A DNA stretch of 64,000 nucleotides, taken from positions 53,508,001-53,572,000 of the forward strand of contig NW_024704742.1 of the NCBI RefSeq assembly GCF_018977255.1, in the 5' to 3' direction. Below the pieces are notes generated by a model. That model was not told the DNA's origin and ran no database searches. It saw only the letters and a program-made list of their open reading frames with translations. The position numbers and the translations under genes were made by a program. Below, piece by piece: positions 1 to 12,890 of this stretch. The stretch is from Callorhinchus milii (Eukaryota). The first letter of the stretch is position 1. Every line of letters begins with the position of its first letter.

Positions 1-324
1 GTGAAATAAGCCTCTAAAACTTGTGTTGAATCATGTGGAATCAACAATAAAATACATGTCCAATAGGTACAATATCTACTTTATATCACTCTATATGTCC
101 TTACATTATGATGCTGCTTATGGACTCATTGGTATTAACAATGATCAGAGAATTACCCCCAACTGGTCTTCAGACAGATGTAGTAAAACTGATAAAGGAT
201 ACATTGCTTCCAAGTATGAATATACACAAATTCTACAAAAATTCTGGAAAGATAGTATCTTTAATATATGTTTAAAGAGACCAACATGATGCAGAGTCTA
301 CTTAATTATTTAGATTTCAATCTG

Positions 325-583
325 GCTCGTTGGTAGCCTCCAAAGTTTGTGCATTCAAGCCCCACAACAGGAGTTAATACTCACATTGTTGAGTTAAGGC
401 TGAATGTGAACTCCATTATTGGAGTTGCCATCCATCAGCTGAGATGTTAAACCAAAGTTGTTTTGCTTACTTGGGTGGATGTTAAAGATCCCTTAGCACT
501 ATTCAAAAAGAGAAAGGAGTTTCTCGCAGGGTCCAAGGGAATAGTCCTCCAGATAACATCAATTATTCACTTTATGGTTGTTT
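325..583 (+). mobile_element. Old DeuSINE-type tRNA-derived SINE, 5' part, interrupted by a younger SINE (remainder at ~985-1025)
   Basis: Deu-domain-like GAGATGTTAAACC...GGTGGATGTTAAAGATCCCTTAGCACTATTC...GGAGTTTCTC; stops at ATGGTTGTTTG and resumes as TGCAAATTGGCT after the insert. Confidence 0.7.
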
Positions 584-587
584 GAGT

Positions 588-980
588 GGAATCCTATAGA
601 TTAGTGGTTAGAGCATTCGCCTCGCAACAACAGGACCTAGATTTGTTTCCTGGGCAGGGTGAAACCTTAACAATTTTCCTTACCCCAAATGCCTCTGTTT
701 ATTAGTTGGAAGTACGAACCAAGTTTTTAGTTGATTGGTGGATCACTTTTCCGGGGTTAATAATCAATCCCTTCATCAAAAAAATTAAAATAATAATAAT
801 TTGGTCACTTCAATCCACAACTGTTTGTGGGACACTGCTGTGCGCAATTGGCTGACACATTTCGCCCACAAAATATACAGATAGTTCACTTCACAGTATA
901 TTCTGTGAAGCGCGTTGAGACGTTTCGAAGACGTGATAGCACTATACCAAATGCAAAAAATGCAAAGATTATTGTTATTG
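588..980 (+). mobile_element. Young tRNA-headed SINE, long form, with L2-like tail
   Basis: Head GGAATCCTATAGATTAGTGGTTAGAGC; body CTGTTTGTGGGACACTGCTGTGCGCAATTGGCTG; tail GAAGCGCGTTGAGACG...AAATGCAAAGATTATT; aligns by eye with the 19466-19837 copy. Confidence 0.85.
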
Positions 981-1305
981 CAAGATTTTGTTGGGTGCAA
1001 ATTGGCTTTTGTATTATTCTACAGAATTTCTCAGGGCAAACACCACTGTCCTCCGGGAATCTGGGATGCTGTCCTGCATGAGGGCCACTATACAATTGCA
1101 AGTTGTTGTTTTTGTACCCTGACTTGCTCTAATTATTTCATAGTAAAGCTGGTTGCTACTATTGATTGCCTTTGATACCTGCAACCACTTAGATAATGCC
1201 TGAGTGCATTATTTGGCTTCACTCAAGTCCTTCAGGAGAGGACGTAGGAAGAAAACTGGAAGGAAAAGTCCTTTAATTCACTTAGTGCTTGATGTTTATA
1301 CAGAA

Positions 1306-1336
1306 AGAGAGAGAGAGAGAGAGAGATAGAGAGAGA
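1306..1336. repeat. (GA)n microsatellite
   Basis: Run of AG dinucleotides with one interruption. Confidence 0.95.
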
Positions 1337-2002
1337 TGGGGACAAAATAAAGCTGTTGAAAGGTTAGTATATTTGAAACTGATGAAATGCAATACATTAG
1401 TTAATGTACTGCTGTAATAACATAATCCTCTCAGAGGAACAACAAAACTATATTAGTCTAAAAGAAATGGGAAAACATTAACTGACAAATTGGGACATAA
1501 ACATTGCAAAAAAATGCATTAATGTTTCTTGCAGTCTGCCAGGAAGATGTGAAATGTGACTGTGACTAAAATGTAATATCTACATTTTATAGATTTAAAA
1601 TAAGACCAAATAAATTGTCCAGTTTGTTTTTTTAAAAATCTAATTTATGTTTGTTTTATTTGAATTTCCTTTGACTACACTTGGAAAGACAATAAATCAA
1701 GCTTGTGTGTGGAATATCTGGATTTGATGTTTTTTATAATGTGTGAAGAAAGCTAAAATGTTAACTTTATAATTGTTACAAAGAGCAAATATTATGGCCT
1801 TTTTTTTCCCTTCAATTTTCTCCCGTCTTCTCCTCCTCTCTTGAAGGAGTTTGACTTTTTTCCCTTTACACAGTGTGTGGTTTAACTGTCACCCTCCAAT
1901 ACCTTACCCAAGTTATTCTTCATGTGTTAGCCTGGGGGGGTGAGAATTATCCGGCTATAATTATTATTATTATTCAACCCTTTCTTGTTCTTATAGTAAC
2001 AC

Positions 2003-2406
2003 TAATCCTTCCATTTGATAAAGTGCTTTTCACATCAGTAGGGCAACTCAAAATGCTTCACAGGAAATACTCTAAAATGTAATGAGGATATTTTGTAAAT
2101 GAACGGAGCAGCCAATCTGTACACAGAAATGTCCCACAAACAGCCATGAAGTGAATAACGCACTTTATCAGGGGCATTGTTAGCCTGTACGCCAGGAAAA
2201 ACTTGCTTTTATTTCAATTCATTGGATCCACCTCAACAGGCATCCGGGACTGTCATTTAACATCCTGTCATAAGAACGACATCTGCAACAGCAATGTAGT
2301 GCTCCCCAAGCACTGCACTGGAGTGTAAGTCTAGACTATGAATTCATAATCCTAAGTGGGGCTTGAATCAATAATCTTTTGATCCTAAGGCAGAGTTCTT
2401 CTAACC
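2003..2406 (-). mobile_element. Old DeuSINE-type SINE, near full length, diverged
   Basis: + strand shows GCAGCCAATCTGTACACAGAAATGTCCCACAAACAGCCATGAAGTGAAT and head-derived GTGGGGCTTGAATC. Confidence 0.75.
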
Positions 2407-3214
2407 TCCACCCTTATGAACCTTTGAAATGTTAGAAGCGTTGAGCAACAGACACAAGGGAGAACACATTTTGTTGCCTACATTCCAGTTGTTGAAGCCA
2501 ATTGAAATGCCCAAGTTGCTGCCCTGACTGCTCCTTCTGTCTGTGTAGCTTAGTGCTGCACAGAGCTGTATATATACCCACAAGGCCAGCAGGATTGCTC
2601 ACAGGATTGAATGCCTTAAACACATTAAAAACATCAGCAATGACAAATATCAATTTGTTTCAGCAATGCCTCTTCTGGTCTGCGTTTTTCTACAACTGTT
2701 TCCAACAAAAGTGACAGCTGAATATCAGCCTATGTAATCCTCTCCAATTCCTCATCTCCTCCAATATTGCTCATTTTCTCACTTCTTCTACCCCAGTATT
2801 AATTAATTTTCCAGCCACTGTGCCCTGCATTACCACAAACTCTTTGCTTAATTCCCTTCTTGCTTTTGGTCAACATCCCTAACTTCCCTTGTCTCTGTGC
2901 TTGGTGCTCATTAACTTCACTGTTAAGTACTTGAAGATGTTTATTTGACATGAAAGGTGCTAGACAAGTCGAGATGTTAAGCCTTCAATCAGGATGTTCC
3001 AGTGGCCCCAAACTTCTCATGCTATTAGCCTTAAAAACAATGTATTAAAATTTACGATTGTGTAGAGATGTGGCAAATTCTTACCTTCAGCCTTAATACG
3101 GAAGCTGGTTTTCTGCAATTCTTAAAAAGAACGAAGGCTAAGACCATGTGAACTTCTTACGTTCAGTCTGGTTCTGAGACTACTCTTTTCCGTGTTGATG
3201 TAGAAGAATCCCTC

Positions 3215-3495
3215 CGCTCAGCGGACACTGGTTTGCTTCATGTCCACCACCCCACCCGCCAACCATCACGGTTGGATGTTAGGCGTATCTGCCCCTACTC
3301 CCTGGAACTTCATCCTGAAGTCCCTTTGCCTCGCCTCTCCCTCGCCTCCTTCACGGTCCGTCTCAAGACCTTGATCGTGGCTTTTGGCCATCTTCCCCTC
3401 CCTTGGCCACACCCCCAGCTCAGGTGCAAGCCCTAAACTTTCAGCATCTTGGGACATCCTTCTGATGTGAAAGACGCTATATAAAATGTAAATGT
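3215..3495 (+). mobile_element. L2 LINE 3' fragment
   Basis: ORF2 end like SLASFTVRLKTL and tail TTGGGACATCCTTCTGATGTGAAAGACGCTATATAAA. Confidence 0.75.
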
Positions 3496-4454
3496 GCATG
3501 TATTGTAAAGTCGTGTGACTTTTCACCAAGATTTTAGAGTTTTAGAATTTTGATCTTGGAATGTTCTACTTCTGGCTCAGACCAATATATGGCTATTTTA
3601 TCATGTCATTGAGAAAAATGTTACATCAATGCACAGATATATTTCTGCTTGTTTTCTAAAGTGACACCCACCCAATCTGGACTTTGCTGATCCATGTGGC
3701 AGTGCTGCCTCATTAAGGATCTTTGAAAATGTTACGTGTTTGTTTTTCATGAATAATTACTGCAGCGATTATAGCAAAATACTACACAGCACTCAATAAA
3801 AACATGGCAAAACCTTTAAGTTAATTAACATCCTGCCTGTGTTTTCCAGCTGCCTACCCCAGCTTAATGAAAATAAAGCAACACTATGCACTCTCGTCTT
3901 TCATCTGCTAATCACCTGACATTTATCAAAGCCACACTGTGGTTTTTAATCTATGCCGCCCTCTCGAAAGCATGTAATAGTTTACAGTCTGACTGTGTCA
4001 TCTGTCACAAGAAAGCACCTCAAGTGGCAGGCTTTGCCACAGTGTTAACTTTATGTCAAACAGATCTGCTTTGGGAAAAGAACATGTCTACACAGAGTAT
4101 AACATTCTAAACTGTGACCTAATCCTGCAAGAGAGTCTCTGCCCACAGAAGTATAAGGAGAGATTTTCAGCATCAACATTGTAGAAATTAAGCAGTGTAT
4201 TTATTTATTTTTTCCATGTTAACCATTAAGTTTGTACCAAGGATGAAACACAAAATTGTGTAGCACACAACTTTCTAATTCTTAAATAGCATTACCTTTG
4301 CCTGCCCCTGGAGTTACCTGTCCTTACTGCTAAGTTCCTAGCCTCCATCCTAATGCACAAAGTGTTCATTTTAAGCCTTAATTTGAATTAATTTTGCTTC
4401 TATTTTAAAACTGCTATTCTGTTCCAAAACCAAGACAAACTCCCATTATATATC

Positions 4455-4560
4455 TTGTTTCACCCACAAAATATACAGTCAATTCATTTTACAGTATATT
4501 CTGTGAAGCGCTTAAGGCGATAAGACACTGTATCAAATGCAAGGATTATTATTATTATTG
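4455..4560 (+). mobile_element. Young SINE 3' fragment
   Basis: CACCCACAAAATATACAGTCAATTCA...AAATGCAAGGATTATTATT. Confidence 0.8.
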
Positions 4561-5305
4561 TTCAGAGAATATGAAACTTTGGGGTACTAGTCTATTGCCC
4601 TAGTATGCATCACATCACATAATAATAATAATCATAATCATAATAATAATAGTTCTTGCATTTGATTCAGCACCTTTCACATCAGGAATACATTTAATCT
4701 CAAAACGTGATGATAAAAGTGATGTTATATAAAGTGTAGTGTATTTTGTAGATGAACGTGGCGGCAAAAATGTAAACACCTTTTTAAGCACAAATTTTCA
4801 TGGTCAATACATGGAATGGTGATAGACGTGTTTAAAAAGGTTTAATGTCTCATCCTTTGGTTGATCAGTTTTATCTGAGAGATTGTTGGCCAGGACATTG
4901 GGAGAAACTTCTCTTCTCGAATAGTCCACCTGAAATGCATTAAGATGGGGGCAAATTCAGCCATAGTTATAACTCCTGGGTCTCACTAAAATGGAGAAAA
5001 TATATATTTTTGTGACAAAAGAAATGCCAGCAGAATCTCAAAGGATATGTTTAAGACAACAAGAAACAAATCATCAAAGTGATCCAGAGTGCAGTTCCAG
5101 AGGTGACCAACATAGGTTAAAAAGATGATCACAAGTGGTGTAGCCATGCTCCAATAATCAAAATGGTGTGATAATTAATTAAATATGTTGTGGAATTGCT
5201 TTGAAACATTGCAGTGATCTTTCCATTCCTAAAGGAGGGAATTTCCCATTAACTTTGGCACAATGGGTGTGCCTGAAAATTTCCAAGCTCCATTAATGTT
5301 CCTGT

Positions 5306-5594
5306 TAATAATAATAATAATAATAATCCTTGCATTTGATATAACGCCTTATCTCATCTTTGAAACGTCTCAAAGCGCTTTACAGATTATACTGTAAAGT
5401 AAATTGACTGTATATTTGTGGGCAAAACGCGGCGGCCAACTGCGCACAGCAGTGTCCCACAAACAGTCGTGGATTGAAGTGACCAATTTATTATTGTTTT
5501 TTTTCTTGAGGGATTATTATCATACGTGTGGAGTAAGGAAACTTACCCAAGTTTCGCCCTGCCGGGAATTGAACCGGGGTTTCTCGCTTGCGAG
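5306..5594 (-). mobile_element. Young tRNA-headed SINE, short form, head partly truncated
   Basis: (AAT)n tail at 5306; body as in 32935 copy; B-box reverse complement GGAATTGAACC; A box missing. Confidence 0.9.
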
Positions 5595-5973
5595 ATCAAG
5601 GAGATAGGCAATTCAACTAAAATAAAATACAGACTTAACTCAATCAGTATGTTGTGAAGCAGTGCTCAAACATTGGTGACAATATTGGTCGAATAAAAGA
5701 TCGGCCCCATTTAGCTAATCGATATCCAAGATGCCACCAACGTTTTGGAAATAGCCATTAATCAAACTCTTGTGCCTATATTTTGGAAGAGAGTCAATCC
5801 CACATCCCACTTTATAGGATGAGATGGAAAACTGCAATATTGTATATCTGATTAGTTTTGCACCACTAACTCAATCATTAAGTAGACAATTGTTGAAAAG
5901 GAGGATTCCCAAAAGTTTCATTAAAATACATATTTGACAAAGAGCAGGAAGAACAATTGCCTTAAGGGCAGGA

Positions 5974-7181
5974 GTCGGCCACTCCATCCTCATACACCGC
6001 CTCTCCGCTTTACTCAATCTTCACGGACCTGCCCTTCCCTGGTTCGATTCCTATCTCTCTCACCGTCTCCACTTTGTTGCCTCTAACGGTTTCTCCTCCA
6101 GGCCCCGCACTGTCAGATCTGGCGTCCCCCAGGGCTCTGTCCTTAGCCCTCTCCTCTTTAACAACTACATGCTCCCCCTTGGTGACATCATCCACAGACA
6201 TGGGGTCAATTTCCACATGTATGCGGATGACACCCAACTCTATTTTTCTGCCTCCACCCTCAACTCCAGGACCACTGCTATCCTGACAGACTGTCTGTCG
6301 GACATCAAGTCCTGGATTAGGGTAAATTTCCTACAATTGAATGTGAACAAGACTGAGGCCCTCCTGATTGGCTCACGCCAGCGCCTCAGCACCTCAGGCT
6401 CTGCAGCATCAACCTCCATGGTTGCTCACTACAACTCACCAAGCCAGTCAGGAACCGAGGTGTCTTGTTCAACTCCCAACTGTCTTTTCTCCACCGCATT
6501 CAAGCCATGGCCCGCTCTGCCTTCCCTCACCTCCGTAACATCGCCCGACTCTGCCACTACTTCACCCCTCAGACCGCTGAAACTTTTGTTCATGCCTTCA
6601 TCACCTCCAGGCTCGACTATGCAAATGCCCTGCTTGTCGGCCTTCCCAACTCCTCCCTCCACAGGCTGCAGATAATCCAGAACTCTGCAGCCCATGTTCT
6701 CTCCCACATCAAACTCCGTCACCCCATCTCCCCCACTCCACTGACTCCCTATCCTTCAGAAGATCCAGTTCAAGATCCTGGTCCTCACATACAAAGCTTT
6801 GCATGGCTTTGCCCCACCCTACCTCTGCGACCTCCTAACCCCCTACCAACCCGCCCGTTCCCTCCTCTCAGCCGGCTCTGGCCTGCTCCACATCCCACGA
6901 CCCACCTGCCCCACCATTGGCGGGAGAGCCTTCAGTCACTCTGCCCCCAACTTCTGGAATTCCATCCCCCAGTCACTCCGCCTCACCCCCTCCTTAGCCT
7001 CCTTCAAGTCCCACCTCAAGACTCTCCTCTTCGACCATGCCATCGGCCACCCCCCTTCCCCTCCCCTCCCTTCCCCCTCCAACCCCAGTTCGGGTCTGAA
7101 ATGCTGTACTCTGTCCAGCGCCTTGGGACGTCCACCCGACGTGAAATGCGCTATAGAAATGTAATCTTGTTGTTGTTGTTG
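5974..7181 (+). mobile_element. 5'-truncated L2-clade LINE, RT C-terminal region, frameshifted
   Basis: [73 protein letters not shown] across frames; 3' end GCGCCTTGGGACGTCC...GTGAAATGCGCTATAGAAAT plus (GTT)n. Confidence 0.95.
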
Positions 7182-7917
7182 ATAATAACAGTTGATATTT
7201 CCTTAAATTGTAATGGTCAAAGTTCCGTATTCCTAAATGCTTGTTTCTGGTTTTTAGGTATATGTATTCTAAAAGTCAATTCACAGTAAAAGAAAACAAT
7301 TCAGAACAAATGAATGTCAAAACATAGGAAGAGTTCAATGAACCTGTGAAATAATGTGATACTTCCTTGAGAGTGAACAAATGGGACATGAAAAACACGT
7401 CTCTCAAACTCAGCACCGCTTAAACCGCTTTGATCTCTGAAGAGGTTCAAACATAGAAATTGGTTCATCTAAGGCACAAATATGACCCACTTGTAGAATA
7501 CTACAATTAATTTAAAATACATATGTGAATGTAGGTGGACCAAAATTCAGAGGTGTGTTCAATTTTATTTCCAATGGGTGAAATCCATAAAACTTACCAC
7601 TTTGTTGTTTAATGAGTGTTTAGAGCCATTTGGGCATCTGAAATTCTATAACAAGATACCTACACTAAAGAAACTATGTTTCACAGGTTTTTTATATGGT
7701 ACATGAATAATAAATCTGCTTAACTTAAACAAATCAAGCAGTTAAAAGACCTATTTCCAATATAACTGACCTTAACTACACTCAGTTGTTATTAGGAAAG
7801 TGAAACACTCTTAAAAAATAAATAAATAAAGAGGAACATATATTGCTACTTGCGCTGTCTCGCTTTATTTTCAGTGAGATTCAGAGATGAGTTTGTGCTG
7901 GATTCACAAATTTAACT

Positions 7918-8480
7918 TTTTGGGGGGTTTGCCAGGAGTCTGACCCATGCAGATCTCCATCACATTGCTTAAGAGTTCGACACATGTGTGCCTCCTACAC
8001 ATGGAAATGTTCCTGTGTCTGAGATGGAATGCGGACTCTCCCAGAGGGACTCACCCTGCTTACCTAATTCCAGATACCATTAGCCACAAGTTGACAAGAG
8101 TCAAGGCTTGCGGACTCTTAAGTGTGTGTAGGGGTACTGTTGGAGCTTAATCAACTAAAACCACATAGCTTGTGATTGATAGCACTGTTTGGCCAGCTTC
8201 CCATTGCTTGTCGAGCTAGGACTATCCCACCTGTTAGGACTTTGGCTTGCAGAGTTAACAGGAGCTGTAGGAGAAGAATTCTTGCTCCCAAGTCTGTCCC
8301 TCCAAGACCTGGCAGTGAGCCAAGCTGGATGATCTATCATCATTGGTGAGCTGGAGTACTGTGGACCTACCTGGCTCAGGGACCAGACTACTGAGACTGC
8401 CGCAGGATTGACTCAATTATGACATTCCAATTGCAAAGCACGTTACCTAGTTCAGCTCGAAGCAGGCACTGCTTCCCCTA
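7918..8480 (-). repeat. Unclassified interspersed repeat (family X), longest copy
   Basis: Shares GGAATGC..ACTCTC..GAGGGAC..CCTGCTTACCTAATTC, GGGGTACTG.TGGAG..TAA.CA.CTAAAACCAC and TTTGGCTT.CAG.GTTAACAGG with several other loci in the window; strand inferred from the A-rich end. Confidence 0.8.
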
Positions 8481-8496
8481 AAGAAGTATAAAGCAC

Positions 8497-8850
8497 CAAA
8501 CAAGAACAACTACAAATTGCATTTATATAGCACCCTTAATGCAGCTGGGGTCTTGGAGCACTTAACATTGGTGGAGCGCGATGCCGAGCCGGGAAGAAAG
8601 GGGAAATGATCATAGGCACGTTCAATGAGGAAGGTATTCAAATGCAATCTGTAGGTTGGGGCAAGAAGGGATCAAGGTTGAAGGATTGAGAAAGAGAGTT
8701 CCAAACTTTTAGGGCATAGTGGTTGAAGGCATCGCCGCTGACGTTGGAGAGGAAGGGACGTTGGATGTATAGAATGTTGTAGCCAGCTGAGCAAAGGAAG
8801 CGGGTAGTTGATTGGGGTGTAAGTAGGTGGAAGAGGGAGGGAGATGCTAA
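8497..8850 (-). mobile_element. L2 LINE 3' fragment
   Basis: (AAC)-rich tail, TTGCATTTATATAGCACC; minus ORF ...DAFNHYALKVWNSLSQS. Confidence 0.8.
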
Positions 8851-8904
8851 GGCATAAATTAATCTATAAGTAAGTAAGCAAACAAGCAAGCAAGTAGGTA
8901 AGTA

Positions 8905-9690
8905 AGCAAGAACATAAGAATTGCTAGACGAAAAAAGACCGAGGTGCATCTAGTTCACCTTCCACCTTCCTGATGGTCGCATGTCCCAAACTACCCATTT
9001 TCTAAAAGAAAACTGTCTTTTTCTATTTTCTAAATACAAAACTGTCTAATGTTTGAAGGAATCAACATTTCCTGCTTCAACCGTCTCCCTAGGGAGCCTG
9101 TTCCGTCGGTTCACTATTCCCTCACTGAAATAATGTTTCCAAAGATTCGTTCTGAATTTACCCCCTTTCAATCGCTGGCCGTGTCCACTGGTTTTACTAT
9201 TCTGGACTAGTTGAAACAGCCTGTCATGATCGACATGGTCTAGCCCCTTTAGAATCTTAAAGTCAGCAATCATATCACCTTTTCCAGTGTGAACATGCCC
9301 AATTTACTTAGTTGCTCCTCATAGTCCAGTCCCACCTTTCCCTCAATCATTCTGGTAGACCTCCTCTATAACCTCTCGATTTCTCCCATTTCCTTTATGT
9401 ACTGTGGCGACCTGAACTGTACACAGTACTCTAATTATGGTTTCACCAATGATTTATACAGTGGCAGGATTACCCACTATTTTGGCTTGCTAATTGATCT
9501 TTCGATACATCCCAACATCGGGTTTGCTTTACTCACTACCACAGAGCATTGTTGTAAGAGTTTCAATTTATTGTCAATCAAGATCCCCCAGGTCCTTTTT
9601 ATTTTCCTTACATATTATTTTCCTTCCATTCAAATAATAGTACCCTTCCTGGATTTTTTGCAAGCAAACAAGAGTGTCCACATATGCTAT
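8905..9690 (-). mobile_element. CR1-clade LINE 3' fragment (ORF2 C-terminus and 3' UTR)
   Basis: Minus ORF FKILKGLDHV...TSGHGQRLKGGKFRTNLWKHYFSEGIVNRRNRLPRETVEAGNVDSFK is a typical CR1 ORF2 end; YCVQFRSP motif upstream; TTCTTATGTT-type tail. Confidence 0.9.
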
Positions 9691-10123
9691 AATTCTTGCC
9701 TGCTATAAGACCATTTTGATTTTGTCTTCAAATTTAACAACACGTAGATTTATGGAAAATTTGTAGACTTAGTCTTAATTTGGAATCTGCTTCTCCATAG
9801 GTCTTCAAAGAAATCGACTTCATCCCCTACTCACTTGCTGAGTTCCCATACCCTTATGAGCATGTGGGCTGGAATTATTTTGGGGGTGCTGGTGAGGAAA
9901 TTAAGTCAAATGGCGTACAGTAACCAAATACAGCCTTGAAGCATTAGGGACTAAAATTATATATAACACAACTGCAATTAGTCACAAAACAAAGTTACTG
10001 TACAATAACCATGGATAATATTTGTTTCAATATACTGTATATGACACATAAAAAAAATCTGTTTCAAATTAATATTTTCGAAAAAAGAAAGCAATTTCCA
10101 AAAAGGTACCTTGAACACACCAT

Positions 10124-10320
10124 TGGGGAGAAATTTTACCTGTGTATAGACTTACTCTTTTTTTGTAGCATTTCAGAGCATTCAGGATTTGGCAACTTTT
10201 TAAATTCAGTCTTAATTTTGAAGTCTTTTTTGTAGCTCTTAAACAAACTTAAAAGAAACCAGCTTCAAAACAAATTGAAGAATTTGCCAAATTCTGGATA
10301 CCCTACACAGATTTCTCTAA
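10124..10320. mobile_element. Palindromic MITE-like relic, same family as 20191-20420
   Basis: GGGGAGAAATTTTACCTG...TTTGGCAA...TTCAGTCTTAA.TTTGAA...TGTAGCTCTTAAA aligns with 20191-20360. Confidence 0.6.
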
Positions 10321-10624
10321 TACAGATTTTATACTACTGGAAGCAATGCTACACCAATATTAAAAATAGAGAAATGGGGCATGAACTTACCAGCAATAGT
10401 CTTCAGCGCTATTAAAGAACAAAAGGCTTTTCAATTACTTTAAATGCAATGCTTTAAAAAGATGGTGGTTCATTTTGTCCCGCAACTGATTTATAATACG
10501 TTTCCAATGGCACAATTTTCACAGCAAAATGAGGCAAAAATCACAATGAGAACTAGGTTTTATGATTTCCCTTTGCACCTTGAAGATATCTTATTAATCA
10601 CTAGAAAATGCAAGACGATCTGGA

Positions 10625-10960
10625 CCAGTTAGCTCAACTGAGTTGGCAGCACGTTTACCTTTGGGTCGCAAAGTTATGGGTTTGAGCCGCATGGAACTTT
10701 AAGCTCATATTCTTATTGACACTCCAGTGCAAGTGTAGGTGGAATACTACATTGTTGGAGATCCTGCCCTTGGATGAGACATTGAACCTCTTCAGGAGGA
10801 TATAAAAGATCTCATGGCTCTATTCAACAAGGGAAAGCAGTTTCTTCCCTTGTCTTGGCTAATAAATTCCCAGATAAATCAATTCTTCACTTCACGGCTA
10901 TTTGTTTAATTAAGGAATCGTAGAAATCTTTCAAAATTGACCTCAGCATCTTCTACCCAA
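10625..10960 (+). mobile_element. Old DeuSINE-type SINE
   Basis: TAGCTCAACTGAGTTGG head, GGATGAGACATTGAACC, TAAAAGATCTCATGGCTCTATTC. Confidence 0.7.
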
Positions 10961-11254
10961 ACAAAACTTCTGCACATTTTTATTACACATTTTGCTTTCT
11001 TAGTTCCACTTTCAAAATTCAAGCAATTGACATTTCCATAAATGCTAAATTATTCTGCTTAACGTGCAGTATCATACAACATATGCAGTGTGTGCTTAGC
11101 TCCATTCTGTATACACGTAGTTTTGAAAAGTTCCTTATAAATAAATTGATATAACTATTAAGGGTAAATAAGAGAACATTAACAATTGAAAATATATTTA
11201 AACTTTTAAGTATCACATTAGTTTTCACTGAAGGCAAAGGGATTCTTCTCACTC

Positions 11255-11645
11255 ACTCCTGTTAACCCTGTAAGCCAAAGCCCCAATGGGAAGAATGGTT
11301 AACAACAACAACAAATCACACGTGTATAGCACCCTTCACGTCGGAAAGACGTCCCAGGGCGCTGGTCAATCAGGAGTTTTGGACCCCTGCTTTCAATGGT
11401 AAGCTATTTGGTTTTGGCTAGTTTCCCTCCAGTAATACTCAAACGTATTCTCTTGGGTCCCCAAACTTTGAATCCTGCCAACCTGAGAATATTACTTTCC
11501 AGAATTATGTAAGCAAAATGTATTCCTCAGAAGAGAGTCCACGTTCTATTCCAAACTCAGGAATTTCCATAAGTAAGAATGAAACTCTCCCACCTGTTTG
11601 GATACTCTTAAGCATGGTGATTGGTTTCCACATGTGCCTGACACC
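11255..11645 (+). repeat. Family X repeat interrupted by a short L2 tail (11301-11375, minus)
   Basis: CCTGTTAACCCTGTAAGCCAAAGCCC ... TTGGATACTCTTAAGCATGGTGATTGGTTTCCACATGTGCCTGAC; insert AACAACAAC...TTCACGTCGGAAAGACGTCCCAGGGCGCTGG. Confidence 0.7.
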
Positions 11646-12559
11646 ACCCGATCAAACATACATTAGTTTTATATATAAAGACATGGTGCTAAATTCTTAA
11701 AAGGTACAAATAGAGGAGAATAAAGAATTCAAACTTAATTTGCTGCTTTTTCTAGTTACATCATGTTATCCATATTCACAGGCTGATTTAATTAAAATAT
11801 TGAAGGGCTGAATGACATCCTTTGGAGTGCTATATAATATGAATATTTCGTTTGTTTGCAAGTTAAATACACTGACATTTGAGAGACCCCACTGAGAATT
11901 GCTACAGCTTTGACAGGAATGTTCACTGACTGTTCTAAAAGGCTAAGTAATTATTTCTCAGTGGAACCTGAATGGAAATGGGTGTAAAGAGGGTCACTAC
12001 ATTTCAATGATATTGTGACAAAAATGAGTACTAGGTATGAATCTCTATTTTGCAAAACAGCAGGTTATACATGCAATCATTGAAACTTTGTGAGCAAGTG
12101 GAAATTTATCTGTGTAATTATATCATTAAAGCTGCTTCTTTCTTCCAAGTTTTTAGATATATTTACCACACCAGACTGACTATTTTCAATGCCACTTGTC
12201 ATATTTTGAGTCCCATATGAGATTTGTAAATAGGATATTCATTAACTTCCCATATTAATAGGAACATTAATCAACTCAGATTAGCATTGCAAACAACTAT
12301 TGAATGTATAATAAAAAGCTCATCTTTAATTAATTTTGATGCAGGTTCGACTGGATCAAAACCTTCATTCTGAAATTAAGAATGCCCATAAATAGAATGT
12401 GGAAACCTAACTAATAGTGCAGATCTTATACAATTTCACTGACACTGATAGTCACTTAAAAATAATAGCACTTGGTTTCATCTCTTTTGGTCAACAGGGT
12501 GTCTGAGATGTGTAAACCCATCATCAGGCCTAAGAATATTTAAACCAGACTGAAAGTTA

Positions 12560-12694
12560 CACATATGTACAGTCAATTCACTTTACGGTATGTTCTGTGA
12601 AGCGCTTTGGGACGTCTAGAAGACGTGAAAAGCGTTCTATCAAATGCAAGGATTATTATTATTATTATTGTTATTATTATTGTTATTATTATTA
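12560..12694 (+). mobile_element. Young SINE 3' fragment with expanded (ATT)n tail
   Basis: CAGTCAATTCACTTTAC...GAAGCGCTTTGGGACGTC...AAATGCAAGG(ATT)n. Confidence 0.85.
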
Positions 12695-12704
12695 TGTGTA
12701 CCAC

Positions 12705-12890
12705 CTACACTTGGGAATTTCCCTTTGTCTGGAATGGAATATGCAATTTCTCTGTGGAGGGATGTACCCTGCTTACCCAGTTTCTGCAGATGATTTGATA
12801 CAGGTTGTCAAGGACCCCAGAGTGTGTGTTGGAGTCCTGCTGGTTGTTAAGCAGCTAAAACTGCATAGCCTGTCATGGAAGATATTGGCT
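12705..12890 (-). repeat. Family X repeat fragment
   Basis: GGAATGGAATATGC...CCCTGCTTACCC...GGACCCCAGAGTGTGTGTTGGAG...CAGCTAAAACTGCATAGCC. Confidence 0.7.
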
